Source: Zymomonas mobilis subsp. mobilis ATCC 10988 | GTDB lineage: Bacteria; Pseudomonadota; Alphaproteobacteria; Sphingomonadales; Sphingomonadaceae | Assembly (NCBI RefSeq): GCF_000175255.2 | Contig: NC_017262.1 | Span: forward strand, 1,650,001-1,682,000 | Length of the DNA: 32,000 nt | Direction of reading: 5' to 3' | Shown: one piece after another, positions 6,629 to 18,745 of the stretch | Layout: the number at the start of each line of letters is the position of its first letter | Position numbering within the stretch: the first letter of the stretch is position 1 | The notes under the pieces: generated by a model | What the model saw: the letters and a program-made list of their open reading frames with translations, nothing else | The model's database searches: none | Told to the model about the DNA's origin: nothing | Position numbers and translations under genes: made by a program

Positions 6629-9109
6629 ATGACAAGATATTTTTGTCAGTTACTGGCAGGTACTGCCCTTCTTGCTTGTGTGCAATCCGCTTACGCGCAG
6701 GGGGTTCAATATAAAAGACCGGATGGTTCCACGCAGGCCTTGAAAGGCAACCAACCATCGGCTGCCGCTCACCCAGCCCCTGCGGCCACGACGGGTGCCG
6801 GAACACGGGGACGTACGCCAACGGCTGTTTCCGCTTCCCATCCGATCCCCAATGAACCTTTGCTTCGGAAAGAGGATGTAACCCAACCCCGTGCAAAAGA
6901 TGATGGTGCTGGCGGTTTAATCAGCCGTCGTGTCGGACGTGATGATATCGCGAATATCGGTTTTGGCCAGACGCGCCAGCAAATGACCATCACGCAAGAC
7001 AATTTCAGCCGGATGACCCCGGGGACGTCTGCCCTTAGTGTTATGGCAACCTTGCCGGGTGTCAATTTCCAGTCGGCGGATTCTTTTGGCTTGGATGAAA
7101 AATCCAGCAATCTCAATATCCGTGGTTTCTCACAGGATCAGATCGGCTTTACGATTGATGGTGTGCCGCTCGGTAACATGATGGACAGCAGTAACGGCCT
7201 GTCGATCAACCGGATGATTATGCCTGAAAATATCGACAGTGTGACGGTCAACTCCACGACCGGCAGCTTGGGCTTGGCTGCTAACAACAATGTCGGCGGC
7301 TCGGTGCAGTTTGCTTCCCATCGTCCGGGTGACAAACTCGATATCGTTGGATCAGGCACCTACGGTTCCAATAATACATGGCGCGGTTTTGTCCGTGTAG
7401 AAACCGGCGATATTACAGGTAATGGTTTACGCGGTTCTTTCAGCTATGGTTATCTGACCAGCGGCAAAAGCCGCGGCTGGGGTAAAGAAAAAGAACATCA
7501 GGTCAATGCCAAGATCACGCAGGATTTGCATGATGGCTATGACGGCGAAGTCGGGGTCTTCTTTAACTATGCCAATCTGAATGAAAATAACTACATGACC
7601 AGTAGTTATGACATGCAAAAGCGATTAGGCACCGATACCGATTATACCCATAATTGGGACATTGCTCAGCAGATGGCTACGGCCTATCAAAATGGCAGCA
7701 ATGCTTATCCGTCGCCTTATAATTCAGTTAATGACACCTATTATAGTGCTTCGACCTTAAGACGTGACTATATCGGTGGTTTGCATTTCAAACGCCACGT
7801 TACCAAGGAAATCAGTGTTGACCTGACCGGTTATTATAACCGCGAATATGGTCAGGATTTGATGTATAATCCTTATGTCGCAACGCCGGGCGGTTCTTCG
7901 CTTTCCCTTATGGGCGTCACCTCTACCCAAAATCGTGGTGGGGTAACGGGTCATGTCGCATGGGATCATGATTTCTCGGTCTTCAAAAACCATTTAGAAG
8001 CGGGCGGCTGGTATGAATCCAGTGTCAGCCATCAGGCCACCGATTATTATGATCTGGCTGGGGATGAAAGCGGGCCTTCCCGTAATATTCTCCATTATCA
8101 GCGTAATCCTTTCAGCTCACAATGGGCGCATACTATCGGTTCCGAAACGACCATGTATTATGTGTCTGACCGGATGGACTTTGGTAAAGTAACCTTGTCC
8201 GGTGGTTGGAAAGGCTTCCAGACGACCAGCCAGAACAAAGCTGCTGGTAATCTTGCCGATTACAACCGCGCAGTTGGCAAGCTGAATTCAACCGATTGGT
8301 TCTTGCCGCAATTCGGTATCTTGTGGAAACCTGACAGCCGCATTGATTTGTTCTTCAACTATTCCGAAAATATGCAGGCGATGAATGCCAATCTGTTGGC
8401 AGCGACTTCACAGGCTAATTTCAACAGCTTATCTAGCAATCATAAATTGCGTCCTGAAAAATCGACCAATTATGAAATCGGTATGCGGTATCATGAAGGT
8501 CGTTTCCAGACGAGCGTTGCCGCTTATTACAGCTATATAACCAATAATTTGCTGGCGACTTCGACGAAAAGCGCCAATGCCCCGATCAATGTCTATAATG
8601 TCGGCGGCATTAAAAATTATGGTGTTGATGTTACGGCGATGTATCGCATTTTGCGGCCGTTATCCTTCTTGGCCAGCTACTCTTATACCCATGCCACCTA
8701 TGCTAATAATATCACCGGCCAAGATGGCTCGGTTCTTTATGATACCAAGCATAAATGGGTTCAGGGTATTCCGCGCAACATGTTTAAAGCGGATATCGTC
8801 TATGACGATCATCACTTGTTGATGCGGGTCGGCGGAACCTTCATGGTTCATCGCTTGGCCGATGCTGTGAATAACGTCCATGTTCCGGGACAATATATTC
8901 TGAACGGCGCTATCGGTTATCACTTCGGTGATGAAGTGCCTTATATGAAGGGTTGGACGGTCATTGGTAACGTCACCAATATGACGGGGCAGCGTTATGT
9001 CTCGACCATTGGTGCTAATGGCTTCGTCGCCAGCGGAAGCGACCTTACTCAGAATTTGCAGGGTGGCGCACCACGTCGTTTCTTCATTACACTGAAACGC
9101 GGCCTTTAA
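6629..9109 (+). CDS. TonB-dependent outer-membrane receptor
   Basis: 826 aa. AAGGAGAGG lies upstream of ATG 6629. The signal peptide is MTRYFCQLLAGTALLACVQSAYA/QG. There is a plug-like region (...ATLPGVNFQSAD...NIRGF...IDGVPLG), and the rest is a long beta-rich, Y/G/N-rich barrel. Confidence 0.9.
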   Translation: MTRYFCQLLAGTALLACVQSAYAQGVQYKRPDGSTQALKGNQPSAAAHPAPAATTGAGTRGRTPTAVSASHPIPNEPLLRKEDVTQPRAKDDGAGGLISRRVGRDDIANIGFGQTRQQMTITQDNFSRMTPGTSALSVMATLPGVNFQSADSFGLDEKSSNLNIRGFSQDQIGFTIDGVPLGNMMDSSNGLSINRMIMPENIDSVTVNSTTGSLGLAANNNVGGSVQFASHRPGDKLDIVGSGTYGSNNTWRGFVRVETGDITGNGLRGSFSYGYLTSGKSRGWGKEKEHQVNAKITQDLHDGYDGEVGVFFNYANLNENNYMTSSYDMQKRLGTDTDYTHNWDIAQQMATAYQNGSNAYPSPYNSVNDTYYSASTLRRDYIGGLHFKRHVTKEISVDLTGYYNREYGQDLMYNPYVATPGGSSLSLMGVTSTQNRGGVTGHVAWDHDFSVFKNHLEAGGWYESSVSHQATDYYDLAGDESGPSRNILHYQRNPFSSQWAHTIGSETTMYYVSDRMDFGKVTLSGGWKGFQTTSQNKAAGNLADYNRAVGKLNSTDWFLPQFGILWKPDSRIDLFFNYSENMQAMNANLLAATSQANFNSLSSNHKLRPEKSTNYEIGMRYHEGRFQTSVAAYYSYITNNLLATSTKSANAPINVYNVGGIKNYGVDVTAMYRILRPLSFLASYSYTHATYANNITGQDGSVLYDTKHKWVQGIPRNMFKADIVYDDHHLLMRVGGTFMVHRLADAVNNVHVPGQYILNGAIGYHFGDEVPYMKGWTVIGNVTNMTGQRYVSTIGANGFVASGSDLTQNLQGGAPRRFFITLKRGL

Positions 9110-9130
9110 TATTTTATCTAACGGATGATT

Positions 9131-9167
9131 AAAAAAAGCCGGAGGTCTTAAGGCCTCCGGCTTTTTT
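9131..9167. terminator. Bidirectional intrinsic terminator shared by the TonB-dependent receptor gene (+) and aroC (-)
   Basis: An A7 run is followed by the stem gccggagg (9138-9145) pairing with cctccggc (9154-9161), then T6 (9162-9167). Confidence 0.75.
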
Positions 9168-9187
9168 GTTATCAAATTGGGAAAAGA

Positions 9188-10264
9188 TTATCGACCTGTC
9201 TGGGCGCGATGCAAAAGTTTCTGATCTGCCAAAACCAAAGCCATCATGGCTTCGACAACAGGCACCGCCCGAATACCGACGCAAGGATCGTGACGACCCT
9301 TGGTCACCACTTCGACCGCTTCGCCCTCGCGGTTGATCGAGGGCAGGGGCGACACAATCGAAGGAGTCGGCTTTAAGGCACAGCGGACAACTACCGGTTG
9401 TCCTGTTGCAATGCCTGCGGTAACGCCGCCTGCATGATTGGACAGAAATTTGACCCCATCGCCTTGGTCGGCAGGGCGAAGGGCATCGGCATTGTCGCGC
9501 CCTGTTGATCGAGCGGCGTCAAAGCCATCGCCGATCTCGACCCCTTTCACCGCATTGATGCCCATGCAAGCCGCTGCTAATTCTGAATCCAGCTTGGCAT
9601 AGAGGGGGGCGCCCCATCCAGCAGGGACATGAAAGGCAACACATTCGACAACAGCCCCAACGGAATTGCCGTCTTTTCTTGCTTCATCAACAATTTTTTC
9701 CCATCTCGCTACCGCCGATTTGTCAGGGCAAAAGAAAGGATTGTTGTTGATTTCAGCTTCATCAAAGGCTTGACGATCGATCTTGTCGCCACCTAATTCA
9801 ACTAGATAGCCCTGAATTTTAACTTCAGAGATCACCAATCGAGCAACAGCACCGGCTGCGACACGGGCGGCAGTCTCTCTGGCGGAAGAGCGTCCACCAC
9901 CACGATAATCACGCAGTCCGTATTTGGCATCATAGGCAAAATCACCATGAGCTGGACGGTATTGCTGCGCTACATTGCTGTAATCGCGGGAACGTTGATC
10001 CGTATTTTCGATCATCAGACTAATCGGCGTGCCAGTTGTCCGACCTTCAAAAACGCCTGATAAAATCTTAACCGCATCTGCTTCCCGTCTTTGGGTCGTA
10101 AAGCGGGAAGAACCCGGTTTCCGCCGATCGAGGAAAGGCTGAATATCTTTTTCAGACAATTCCAATCCCGGAGGACAGCCATCGACGACTGCACCTAAGG
10201 CAGGTCCATGACTTTCCCCCCAACTGGTAAAACGGAAGAGATGGCCGAAACTGTTAAAGCTCAT
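9188..10264 (-). CDS. aroC: Chorismate synthase
   Basis: 358 aa. [24 protein letters not shown]...GRHDPCVG are hallmark AroC motifs. The ATG overlaps the fabI stop as ATGA. Confidence 0.95.
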   Translation of the reverse strand: MSFNSFGHLFRFTSWGESHGPALGAVVDGCPPGLELSEKDIQPFLDRRKPGSSRFTTQRREADAVKILSGVFEGRTTGTPISLMIENTDQRSRDYSNVAQQYRPAHGDFAYDAKYGLRDYRGGGRSSARETAARVAAGAVARLVISEVKIQGYLVELGGDKIDRQAFDEAEINNNPFFCPDKSAVARWEKIVDEARKDGNSVGAVVECVAFHVPAGWGAPLYAKLDSELAAACMGINAVKGVEIGDGFDAARSTGRDNADALRPADQGDGVKFLSNHAGGVTAGIATGQPVVVRCALKPTPSIVSPLPSINREGEAVEVVTKGRHDPCVGIRAVPVVEAMMALVLADQKLLHRAQTGR

Positions 10265-11079
10265 TTGGCAAGCGCGATATCTGGAGCATCAATGCGTTTC
10301 ATGCCGACAATGTTATATCCGGCATCGACATGATGAATTTCGCCGGTCACACCCGAAGCGAGATCAGACAGCAAATAAAGCGAAGATTTCCCGACCTCTT
10401 CAATCGAAACCGTGCGTTTCAGCGGCGTATTAAGCTGGTTCCATTTCAGAATATAAGAGAAATCACCAATCCCGCGGGCAGCCATGGTCTGAATGGGGCC
10501 TGCCGAAATAGCATTGACCCGAATATTGCGATCACCAAGGTCAGCAGCCAGATATTTGACAGAGCTTTCCAAAGCCGCCTTGGCAACACCCATGATGTTA
10601 TAATTCGGCATGACTTTTTCTGCGCCATAATAGGTCAGCGTCAAAACACTACCGCCATTCGGCATCATATCGCGGGCTTTTCTGGTTACTGCGATCAAGG
10701 AGTAAGCAGAAATTGTCATCGTCGTCTGGAAATTTTCAAGGCTGGTATCCGAGAAATGACCACGCAGCTCATTCTTGTCGGAGAAGCCGATAGCATGAAC
10801 AATAAAATCAATCGTTGGCCAACGCTCTGCAAGATCGGCAAAGGCGGTATCAATCGCCGCCATATCGCTGACATCACAGTCGATCAGGATATCCGAACCC
10901 AGCTTTTCAGCAAGAGGCTGAACCCGCTTTTTCAAGGCCTCACCCTGATAGGTGAAAGCTAATTCTGCGCCTTGTTCTTTCAATGCGCAGGCAATACCCC
11001 ATGCCAAAGAACGATCATTGGCAAGCCCCATGATCAGTCCTCTTTTTCCATCCATCAATCCGGCCATACCATTCCTCAT
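10261..11079 (-). CDS. fabI: Enoyl-[acyl-carrier-protein] reductase (NADH), FabI
   Basis: [20 protein letters not shown]...[22 protein letters not shown]...[10 protein letters not shown] is the FabI/SDR pattern. The start is uncertain: ATG 11067 (GAGGAA just upstream) is an alternative to 11079. Confidence 0.9.
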   Translation of the reverse strand: MRNGMAGLMDGKRGLIMGLANDRSLAWGIACALKEQGAELAFTYQGEALKKRVQPLAEKLGSDILIDCDVSDMAAIDTAFADLAERWPTIDFIVHAIGFSDKNELRGHFSDTSLENFQTTMTISAYSLIAVTRKARDMMPNGGSVLTLTYYGAEKVMPNYNIMGVAKAALESSVKYLAADLGDRNIRVNAISAGPIQTMAARGIGDFSYILKWNQLNTPLKRTVSIEEVGKSSLYLLSDLASGVTGEIHHVDAGYNIVGMKRIDAPDIALAK

Positions 11080-11089
11080 TTATCAAAAA

Positions 11090-12112
11090 TTATTGGCTAC
11101 TTTTTGGGGCAACAGAGGCCACCCTGTCAAATGCCAGTGTCGCATTCAAATGAATGCCCACAACCAAGCCTAGTCCAATGATCCAGAAATAGATCAAAAC
11201 TATGACGGAACCAGCAAGTCCACCATAGCTGCGGTTATAATCCAACATATTATTGAGCGCGATAGGGAGAATCATACTCACCATCTGCCACCAAAAGGCG
11301 GTCAAAAAAGCCCCCGGCCATTTATAATAGCGGGCTTTTCGATATTGCGGTGGTGTAATGGAGTAAAACAGAACGTAAAGCGCGCCAAATAATAACCCGC
11401 CGGAAATGACACGGGAAATGATCGACAGAATGGTAATATGTTCAAAAAATGCGTGGATTCGGTCGCTAGTCAAGCCGATCAGATTAAGCTGATCTATCAG
11501 ACTATGGTTATCGGAAAGGCTGATATGGGGCAAAGCGGCCTTGGCATATTCCATCACCCATCCAAAGCGCTGCGAAAAAACATTTTGGAGCGTTGCAATT
11601 AACACCTGAATAGACAGGATGATAAACATCATTAAAACCGCGCCAATATTGATCGCCATAGCACCTAAGCGATAGCGAATAAATTCGGTCGGCGGTTCCA
11701 TATGATAGGTGCGATACAGTAATTCCCGAATACTGGCGATGAAACCACTAACAGACCACAGGCTGACTAATGCACTCCACCAGATCAAAGAGCCTGATTT
11801 CGTCGAAAGAACCTGAAAAATAGGACCACTTAATTGGCTGGAAACATTGGGTGGCAAGGCGGAAAGAAAAGAACGCACCGCCGCAAAACCAGCGGCACCG
11901 CGCCCAATCGTACTGGCAACAATAATGGTCAAAATCATGAAAGGAAAAAGGGTCAACAAAGCCATATAGGCAAAGTTACCGGCATGCGGAAAACCATTAT
12001 TGATAACGCCGCTTGCGACCTGTTTTATAATTCTGAAAAAGGCCGCATATCTTTTTCGCTTTTTATGAAAAGGCGATTTTTTTCGTGTTGCTTCTGTCAT
12101 AATTGCGGGCAT
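11090..12112 (-). CDS. YihY/BrkB-family inner-membrane protein (formerly annotated RNase BN)
   Basis: 340 aa and polytopic. N-terminal ...AGNFAYMALLTLFPFMIL... and C-terminal YGGLAGSVIVLIYFWI... are typical of the family. Only 10 nt separate its stop from the fabI start. Confidence 0.8.
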   Translation of the reverse strand: MPAIMTEATRKKSPFHKKRKRYAAFFRIIKQVASGVINNGFPHAGNFAYMALLTLFPFMILTIIVASTIGRGAAGFAAVRSFLSALPPNVSSQLSGPIFQVLSTKSGSLIWWSALVSLWSVSGFIASIRELLYRTYHMEPPTEFIRYRLGAMAINIGAVLMMFIILSIQVLIATLQNVFSQRFGWVMEYAKAALPHISLSDNHSLIDQLNLIGLTSDRIHAFFEHITILSIISRVISGGLLFGALYVLFYSITPPQYRKARYYKWPGAFLTAFWWQMVSMILPIALNNMLDYNRSYGGLAGSVIVLIYFWIIGLGLVVGIHLNATLAFDRVASVAPKSSQ

Positions 12113-12323
12113 GGTCTCTTAACACTCATCATTAAACAAGGGTTAATCACGCCGCAGCGGTGCTAAAATAAAAAACTTATTTCAATAGCGTTATTGGGCA
12201 ACAGGCGAGGAACTATCCCCAAAGGGATAGCGAAAGGATAATATAGCTGTCGAAAGGGAATCTGTTTTTATCGGATAACCTTCAGATATATCTTGTTTTA
12301 TGGGTGGATTTTTCTTTTGAGGC

Positions 12324-12362
12324 CTAAAAATATTAAGGCCGACCTAAAAAGGCCAGCCTTAA
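12324..12362 (-). terminator. Candidate intrinsic terminator of the cbpA-like gene
   Basis: On the - strand, ttaaggctggcc pairs with ggtcggccttaa (12 pairs including 2 G-U) around loop ttttta, followed by tattttt. It starts 30 nt after the stop codon. Confidence 0.45.
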
Positions 12363-12392
12363 TAAATAAAATACAATCTACGAAGGTAAAGA

Positions 12393-13334
12393 TTACAAGC
12401 CTAAAGCTGACCTTGGATTATAAGCCTCTTTGCCACCCCATTTTTGGACAAATTGCTTCAAATCGCTATCATTTTCAGGAATCGTAATCATCAAAGTGAC
12501 CAGCTCATCGCCGCGTCCACCTGATTTTTTATGAAAACCCTTGCCTCTAAGGCGTAATACCTTGCCGGAGCTAGCCCCAGCTGGAACCGATACCATCACA
12601 GCGCCTTCAGCCGTCGGGACTTTTACCTTGGCGCCTTCGACCGCTTCAGCCAAAGAAATCGGCAGATTCAAGGTAATATCGTCGCCCTTACGCTGGAAGA
12701 AAGCATGAGGCTGAATATCAATCGTGACAATCGCATCACCGGCACCACCAGGGCCCGGTTGGCCTTTACCAGCTAACCGCATTTGAGTGCCGTTTTCGAC
12801 CCCTGCCGGTAATTTTAAATCGATTGTTTTGCCATCTCCCAAGGTAATCCGTTGAGGATGTAAAGTAGCAGCATCAACAAAAGGCACTTTCAGGCGGTAA
12901 AGATTGTTACTGCCTTTGGGGGCTGCCCGCCCACCGAAACCGCCGCGCTGTGATCGGCCACCGCCACCGCCGAAAATACCTTCAAAGATATCTCCGAAGT
13001 CGCCGCCGCCACCGCCGCCGAAGTTAAAACCGCCAAAGCCGCCACCGCCGCCGCGGCCACCCCCACCGGCACCGCCTTGGAATCCACCGAAACCGCCCCC
13101 GTTAAAGCGCGGATTACCCTGATCGTCGATTTCCCCACGATCATATTGGGCGCGTTTTTCTTTGTCTGATAAAATATCATAGGCAGCCGATACTTCGGAA
13201 AAACGCGCCGCTGCTTGAGGGTTATCCTTGTTGTGATCTGGATGGTATTTTTTTGCCAGAGAGCGATAGGCTTTTTTAATAGCCGCCTCATCCGCGTTTC
13301 GCGTTACTCCCAATTTTTCGTAAAGATCAGCCAT
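12393..13334 (-). CDS. cbpA: DnaJ-class co-chaperone without zinc finger (CbpA-like, J domain + long Gly/Phe linker + C-terminal substrate domains)
   Basis: 313 aa. The J domain is DLYEKLGV....A....[18 protein letters not shown]. The Gly-rich linker is [33 protein letters not shown]. There are no CxxCxGxG repeats. Confidence 0.8.
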   Translation of the reverse strand: MADLYEKLGVTRNADEAAIKKAYRSLAKKYHPDHNKDNPQAAARFSEVSAAYDILSDKEKRAQYDRGEIDDQGNPRFNGGGFGGFQGGAGGGGRGGGGGFGGFNFGGGGGGDFGDIFEGIFGGGGGRSQRGGFGGRAAPKGSNNLYRLKVPFVDAATLHPQRITLGDGKTIDLKLPAGVENGTQMRLAGKGQPGPGGAGDAIVTIDIQPHAFFQRKGDDITLNLPISLAEAVEGAKVKVPTAEGAVMVSVPAGASSGKVLRLRGKGFHKKSGGRGDELVTLMITIPENDSDLKQFVQKWGGKEAYNPRSALGL

Positions 13335-13781
13335 AATGTCTTTAAGCCCACTCTATCTGAAATCATTCATGTAGCAAATATGCCACATAAATGTGTATGT
13401 CCCCTTAAAATCGCAAGGGGGCTGATCATAAAAAGCTGTTTTGTCAGAATATTAAAAGGATAAACAAAAAGATGGAATCATATTTATCTAGATAATATTT
13501 TAAAAATAAAATGATTGGAACAAAATTTAAAAATCACTTCATCACGGCAATAATTTTTACTTTGAAAATAAATCTCTAGCCATTCGATTTTTTCGGATTT
13601 TTTAACTAAGCGCTTTGTTGTGAAAAAATCGAAACTATTCCCGTGAAATCTTATTATCACGATAAGCGACAGGCCGCTTGATTATAAATTTAACTAAAAA
13701 TAGAGCCTGCCGGTGATAATATCAGGCCAGTTACAACAGAATTTAAAGCTATTATAACTGGCCTTGAAAAAGAAACGGCCT

Positions 13782-15122
13782 CTATTTCTTCAATTCATTC
13801 CGTAAACTATCCTGAAAACGTAACGGGCGACCTATCGCTTCACTATAAAGCTGACCTTCCCACATTACGCGATGTCCGCGAATAACGGTGCCGACCGGTT
13901 TAGCCTTTAGCTGCTTTCCAGAAAAAGGCGACCAACCACATTTAGAGGCCAGCCATTCTTCTTCGACAACCCAAGAAGCCTTCATATCGACAATAGAGAA
14001 ATCGGCATCATAGCCGACAGCAATCCGACCTTTATTCAAAAGGCCAAATAATCGTTGTGGGCCATAAGATACCAGATCAACCAAGCGAGCAAGGCTCAAG
14101 CGACCTTCGGCGACATGATGCAGCATTAAAGGCAGCAAGGTTTGAACCCCCGGCATCCCACTGGGTGATTGAGGGTAGGGGCGCTGCTTTTCTTCAATAG
14201 TATGCGGCGCATGATCGGAACCGATGACATCGGCGATACCCTGCTGCAAGGCATCCCATAATCCGGCCTGATGTTTTCCAGAACGGATAGGTGGATTCAT
14301 TTGGGCATAGCTACCCAATTCTGGATACGCTGTTTCCGCTGCCAAAGTGAGATGCTGCGGCGTTAATTCACAGCTGGCTATATCTTTATGGAGCGCGATC
14401 AAGGCCATTTCTTCAGGGGTCGTGACATGAAGAATATGAATCGGGCGACCTGCTTTTTGAGCCAAAGATAATATACGTTTTGTGGCTCGCATCGCCGTTT
14501 CGTCATCGCGCCAAACCGGATGGGATGACGGATCATTGGTTACACGATGAGGCTGCCTTTCTTTTAGTCTGGCTTCATCTTCAGCATGAATTGCAACGCG
14601 CCGCCGTCCCGATTGTAAAACAGAAAGAAGCGTTTCATCATCATCGACCAATAAATTACCCGTTGATGATCCCATGAAAACCTTGATGCCGGCGCATCCG
14701 GGCAGGCTTTCCAATCCGGCCAATTTATCAAAATTATGGGCGGTCGCCCCGATATAAAAGGCATGATCGCACCACATCCGATTTTTGGCACGGGCTAGTT
14801 TATCAGCCAAAGCCTCGGCGGTGTCTGTTGGTGGATTGGTATTTGGCATTTCAAAAACAGCGGTAATGCCACCCAGCACTGCCGCACGACTGCCGCTTTC
14901 AAGGTCTTCTTTACCTTCCAAACCCGGTTCGCGGAAATGCACCTGCGTATCTATCGCACCTGGCAAAATCGTTAGCCCATCACAGGCCAAACAGGCATCG
15001 GCTTGATGCTTTTCAAATTCTCCGAGGGCGGCAATCTTGCCATTTTTTACAGCAATATCTTTCGAGATCAGCCCACCGGGGGTAAAAATCGTTCCACCTT
15101 TTAAAATCAGATCATAAAGCAT
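13782..15122 (-). CDS. pyrC: Dihydroorotase (long, multifunctional-complex/allantoinase-like type)
   Basis: 446 aa. Motifs are DTQVHFREPG, GIKVFMGSSTG, VAIHAED, IHILHVTT and IGSDHAPH. See the finding on Gln at the first His of the HxH motif. Confidence 0.85.
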   Translation of the reverse strand: MLYDLILKGGTIFTPGGLISKDIAVKNGKIAALGEFEKHQADACLACDGLTILPGAIDTQVHFREPGLEGKEDLESGSRAAVLGGITAVFEMPNTNPPTDTAEALADKLARAKNRMWCDHAFYIGATAHNFDKLAGLESLPGCAGIKVFMGSSTGNLLVDDDETLLSVLQSGRRRVAIHAEDEARLKERQPHRVTNDPSSHPVWRDDETAMRATKRILSLAQKAGRPIHILHVTTPEEMALIALHKDIASCELTPQHLTLAAETAYPELGSYAQMNPPIRSGKHQAGLWDALQQGIADVIGSDHAPHTIEEKQRPYPQSPSGMPGVQTLLPLMLHHVAEGRLSLARLVDLVSYGPQRLFGLLNKGRIAVGYDADFSIVDMKASWVVEEEWLASKCGWSPFSGKQLKAKPVGTVIRGHRVMWEGQLYSEAIGRPLRFQDSLRNELKK

Positions 15123-15165
15123 CAGTGGCCTTCCTTTTTGTCTGCCAGTTTTTTATTATCCTATT

Positions 15166-15990
15166 ATGAGTGCCGCAAACAACCTTGCTATGCCGGATAA
15201 TGCCACTTTATTGGCTGACCGGTCTGTTATCCGCCTATCCCCGATAGCAGAAGAGTCTCGATCAGAAGTCTTTGAGTTTTTACAAGGACTTGTCACACAG
15301 GATGTCTTTCTGCTGGAAAAGGGGGCGCCCCTATGGTCGGCCTTGCTGACGGCGCAAGGAAAAGTCTTATATGACTTTATCCTATGGGCAGAGGGTAGCT
15401 CGATTCTGATAGACTGTGAATCGGCGATTGCGGATAATTTAATCCGACGACTAACCCTTTATCGATTGCGGCGCGCTATCCGTATTGAAATTGATCCTGC
15501 GATTGCCGTGCATTGGTCATTGAAACCGCCTGAAAATCAGGCGATATCCTCTTTTTCTGACCCAAGATTATCTGAATTAGGCTTTCGTTGGTTACAGCCT
15601 GCCACCGATAGCCAGCCATCGGCGGAAGCTATCTGGAAAAAACACCGTCTGGCATGGGGCGTGACAGAAGGCCAAGCTGAATTAGGCTTGGATAAAACTT
15701 TATGGTTGGAAGCCAATGCCCGCGAATTAAACGGCGTTAGCTTTACCAAGGGTTGTTACGTTGGTCAGGAAAATACTGCCAGAATGAATTGGCGGCAAAA
15801 GATCAATCGTCGCTTGGCGGTTATCAAGACAGATCATCCCTTAGACGATGACAAATGTCGGATTTACTATAGCGATTTGAAGTTGGCTGTTATGCTGCTG
15901 CGTGTCGCTGATTGGAATAAATTACCCGATGACCAAGAGGTCATAACCCCTGAATGGTTGAAAGAGGCCTTGGCAGAAGCCCATTCTTGA
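15166..15990 (+). CDS. ygfZ: YgfZ-type folate-binding protein (Fe-S cluster / tRNA modification associated)
   Basis: 274 aa and carries the YgfZ signature KGCYVGQE (FTKGCYVGQENTARM). It is divergent from pyrC with a 43-bp spacer. Confidence 0.85.
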   Translation: MSAANNLAMPDNATLLADRSVIRLSPIAEESRSEVFEFLQGLVTQDVFLLEKGAPLWSALLTAQGKVLYDFILWAEGSSILIDCESAIADNLIRRLTLYRLRRAIRIEIDPAIAVHWSLKPPENQAISSFSDPRLSELGFRWLQPATDSQPSAEAIWKKHRLAWGVTEGQAELGLDKTLWLEANARELNGVSFTKGCYVGQENTARMNWRQKINRRLAVIKTDHPLDDDKCRIYYSDLKLAVMLLRVADWNKLPDDQEVITPEWLKEALAEAHS

Positions 15991-16033
15991 CGGCTTCAGC
16001 CTTTGTCAGTTTTTTATGGTCTCAACCAGATAT

Positions 16034-16065
16034 AAAAAAAGCCGGAAAAAATTTCCGGCTTTTTT
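16034..16065. terminator. Bidirectional intrinsic terminator shared by ygfZ (+) and purA (-)
   Basis: A7 (16034-16040) is followed by the stem gccggaaa (16041-16048) pairing with tttccggc (16052-16059), then T6 (16060-16065). Confidence 0.75.
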
Positions 16066-16079
16066 CGTTATAGGCTATT

Positions 16080-18549
<2,470 letters not shown>

Positions 18550-18652
18550 TGATCAAAAAGCTTTTATTATCAGGACAAAGGTCTTTCTAATCATGTTGCG
18601 ACAACATTCCACCCTGTTTCTTACGTAAAAACCGTTTCATGACATATTTTTT

Positions 18653-18716
18653 GAATATCAGACCCGATATTCCCGATATAATTTACTCAATCGGAGGAAT
18701 ATCAGGCCTGATATTG
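18653..18716. repeat. Two tandem copies of a 20-bp hairpin repeat in the serA-hisZ spacer
   Basis: The two copies are gaatatcagacccgatattc (18653-18672) and gaatatcaggcctgatattg (18697-18716), identical at 16 of 20 positions. Each has (g)aatatc/gatatt(c) arms around a 6-nt centre. A third related palindrome, ttatcctgataa, lies at 18732-18743. Confidence 0.45.
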
Positions 18717-18745
18717 CCAAAATTATATCCGTTATCCTGATAATT

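Noticed and set aside
8660-9175. Long antisense 'shadow' ORFs inside confident genes. This one is 171 aa opposite the receptor gene. Others are 10330-10962 opposite fabI, 23924-24322 opposite asdA, 25618-25977 opposite aspT, 16677-17057 opposite purA, 22576-22935 opposite ansB, and 6534-6896 across the receptor start.
   Set aside because: Each lies fully within, or mostly antisense to, a gene with strong family motifs. Their translations are low-complexity or Arg/Ser/Ile-rich, they have no SD contexts, and they are typical frame-shadow artefacts.
12904-13122. A 72-aa proline-rich ORF ([15 protein letters not shown]...) on the + strand.
   Set aside because: It is the mirror image of the GGC/GGT-rich Gly/Phe linker of the cbpA-like gene on the opposite strand, because GGN codons read as NCC (Pro) in antisense. 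It has no start context and lies entirely inside a well-supported gene.
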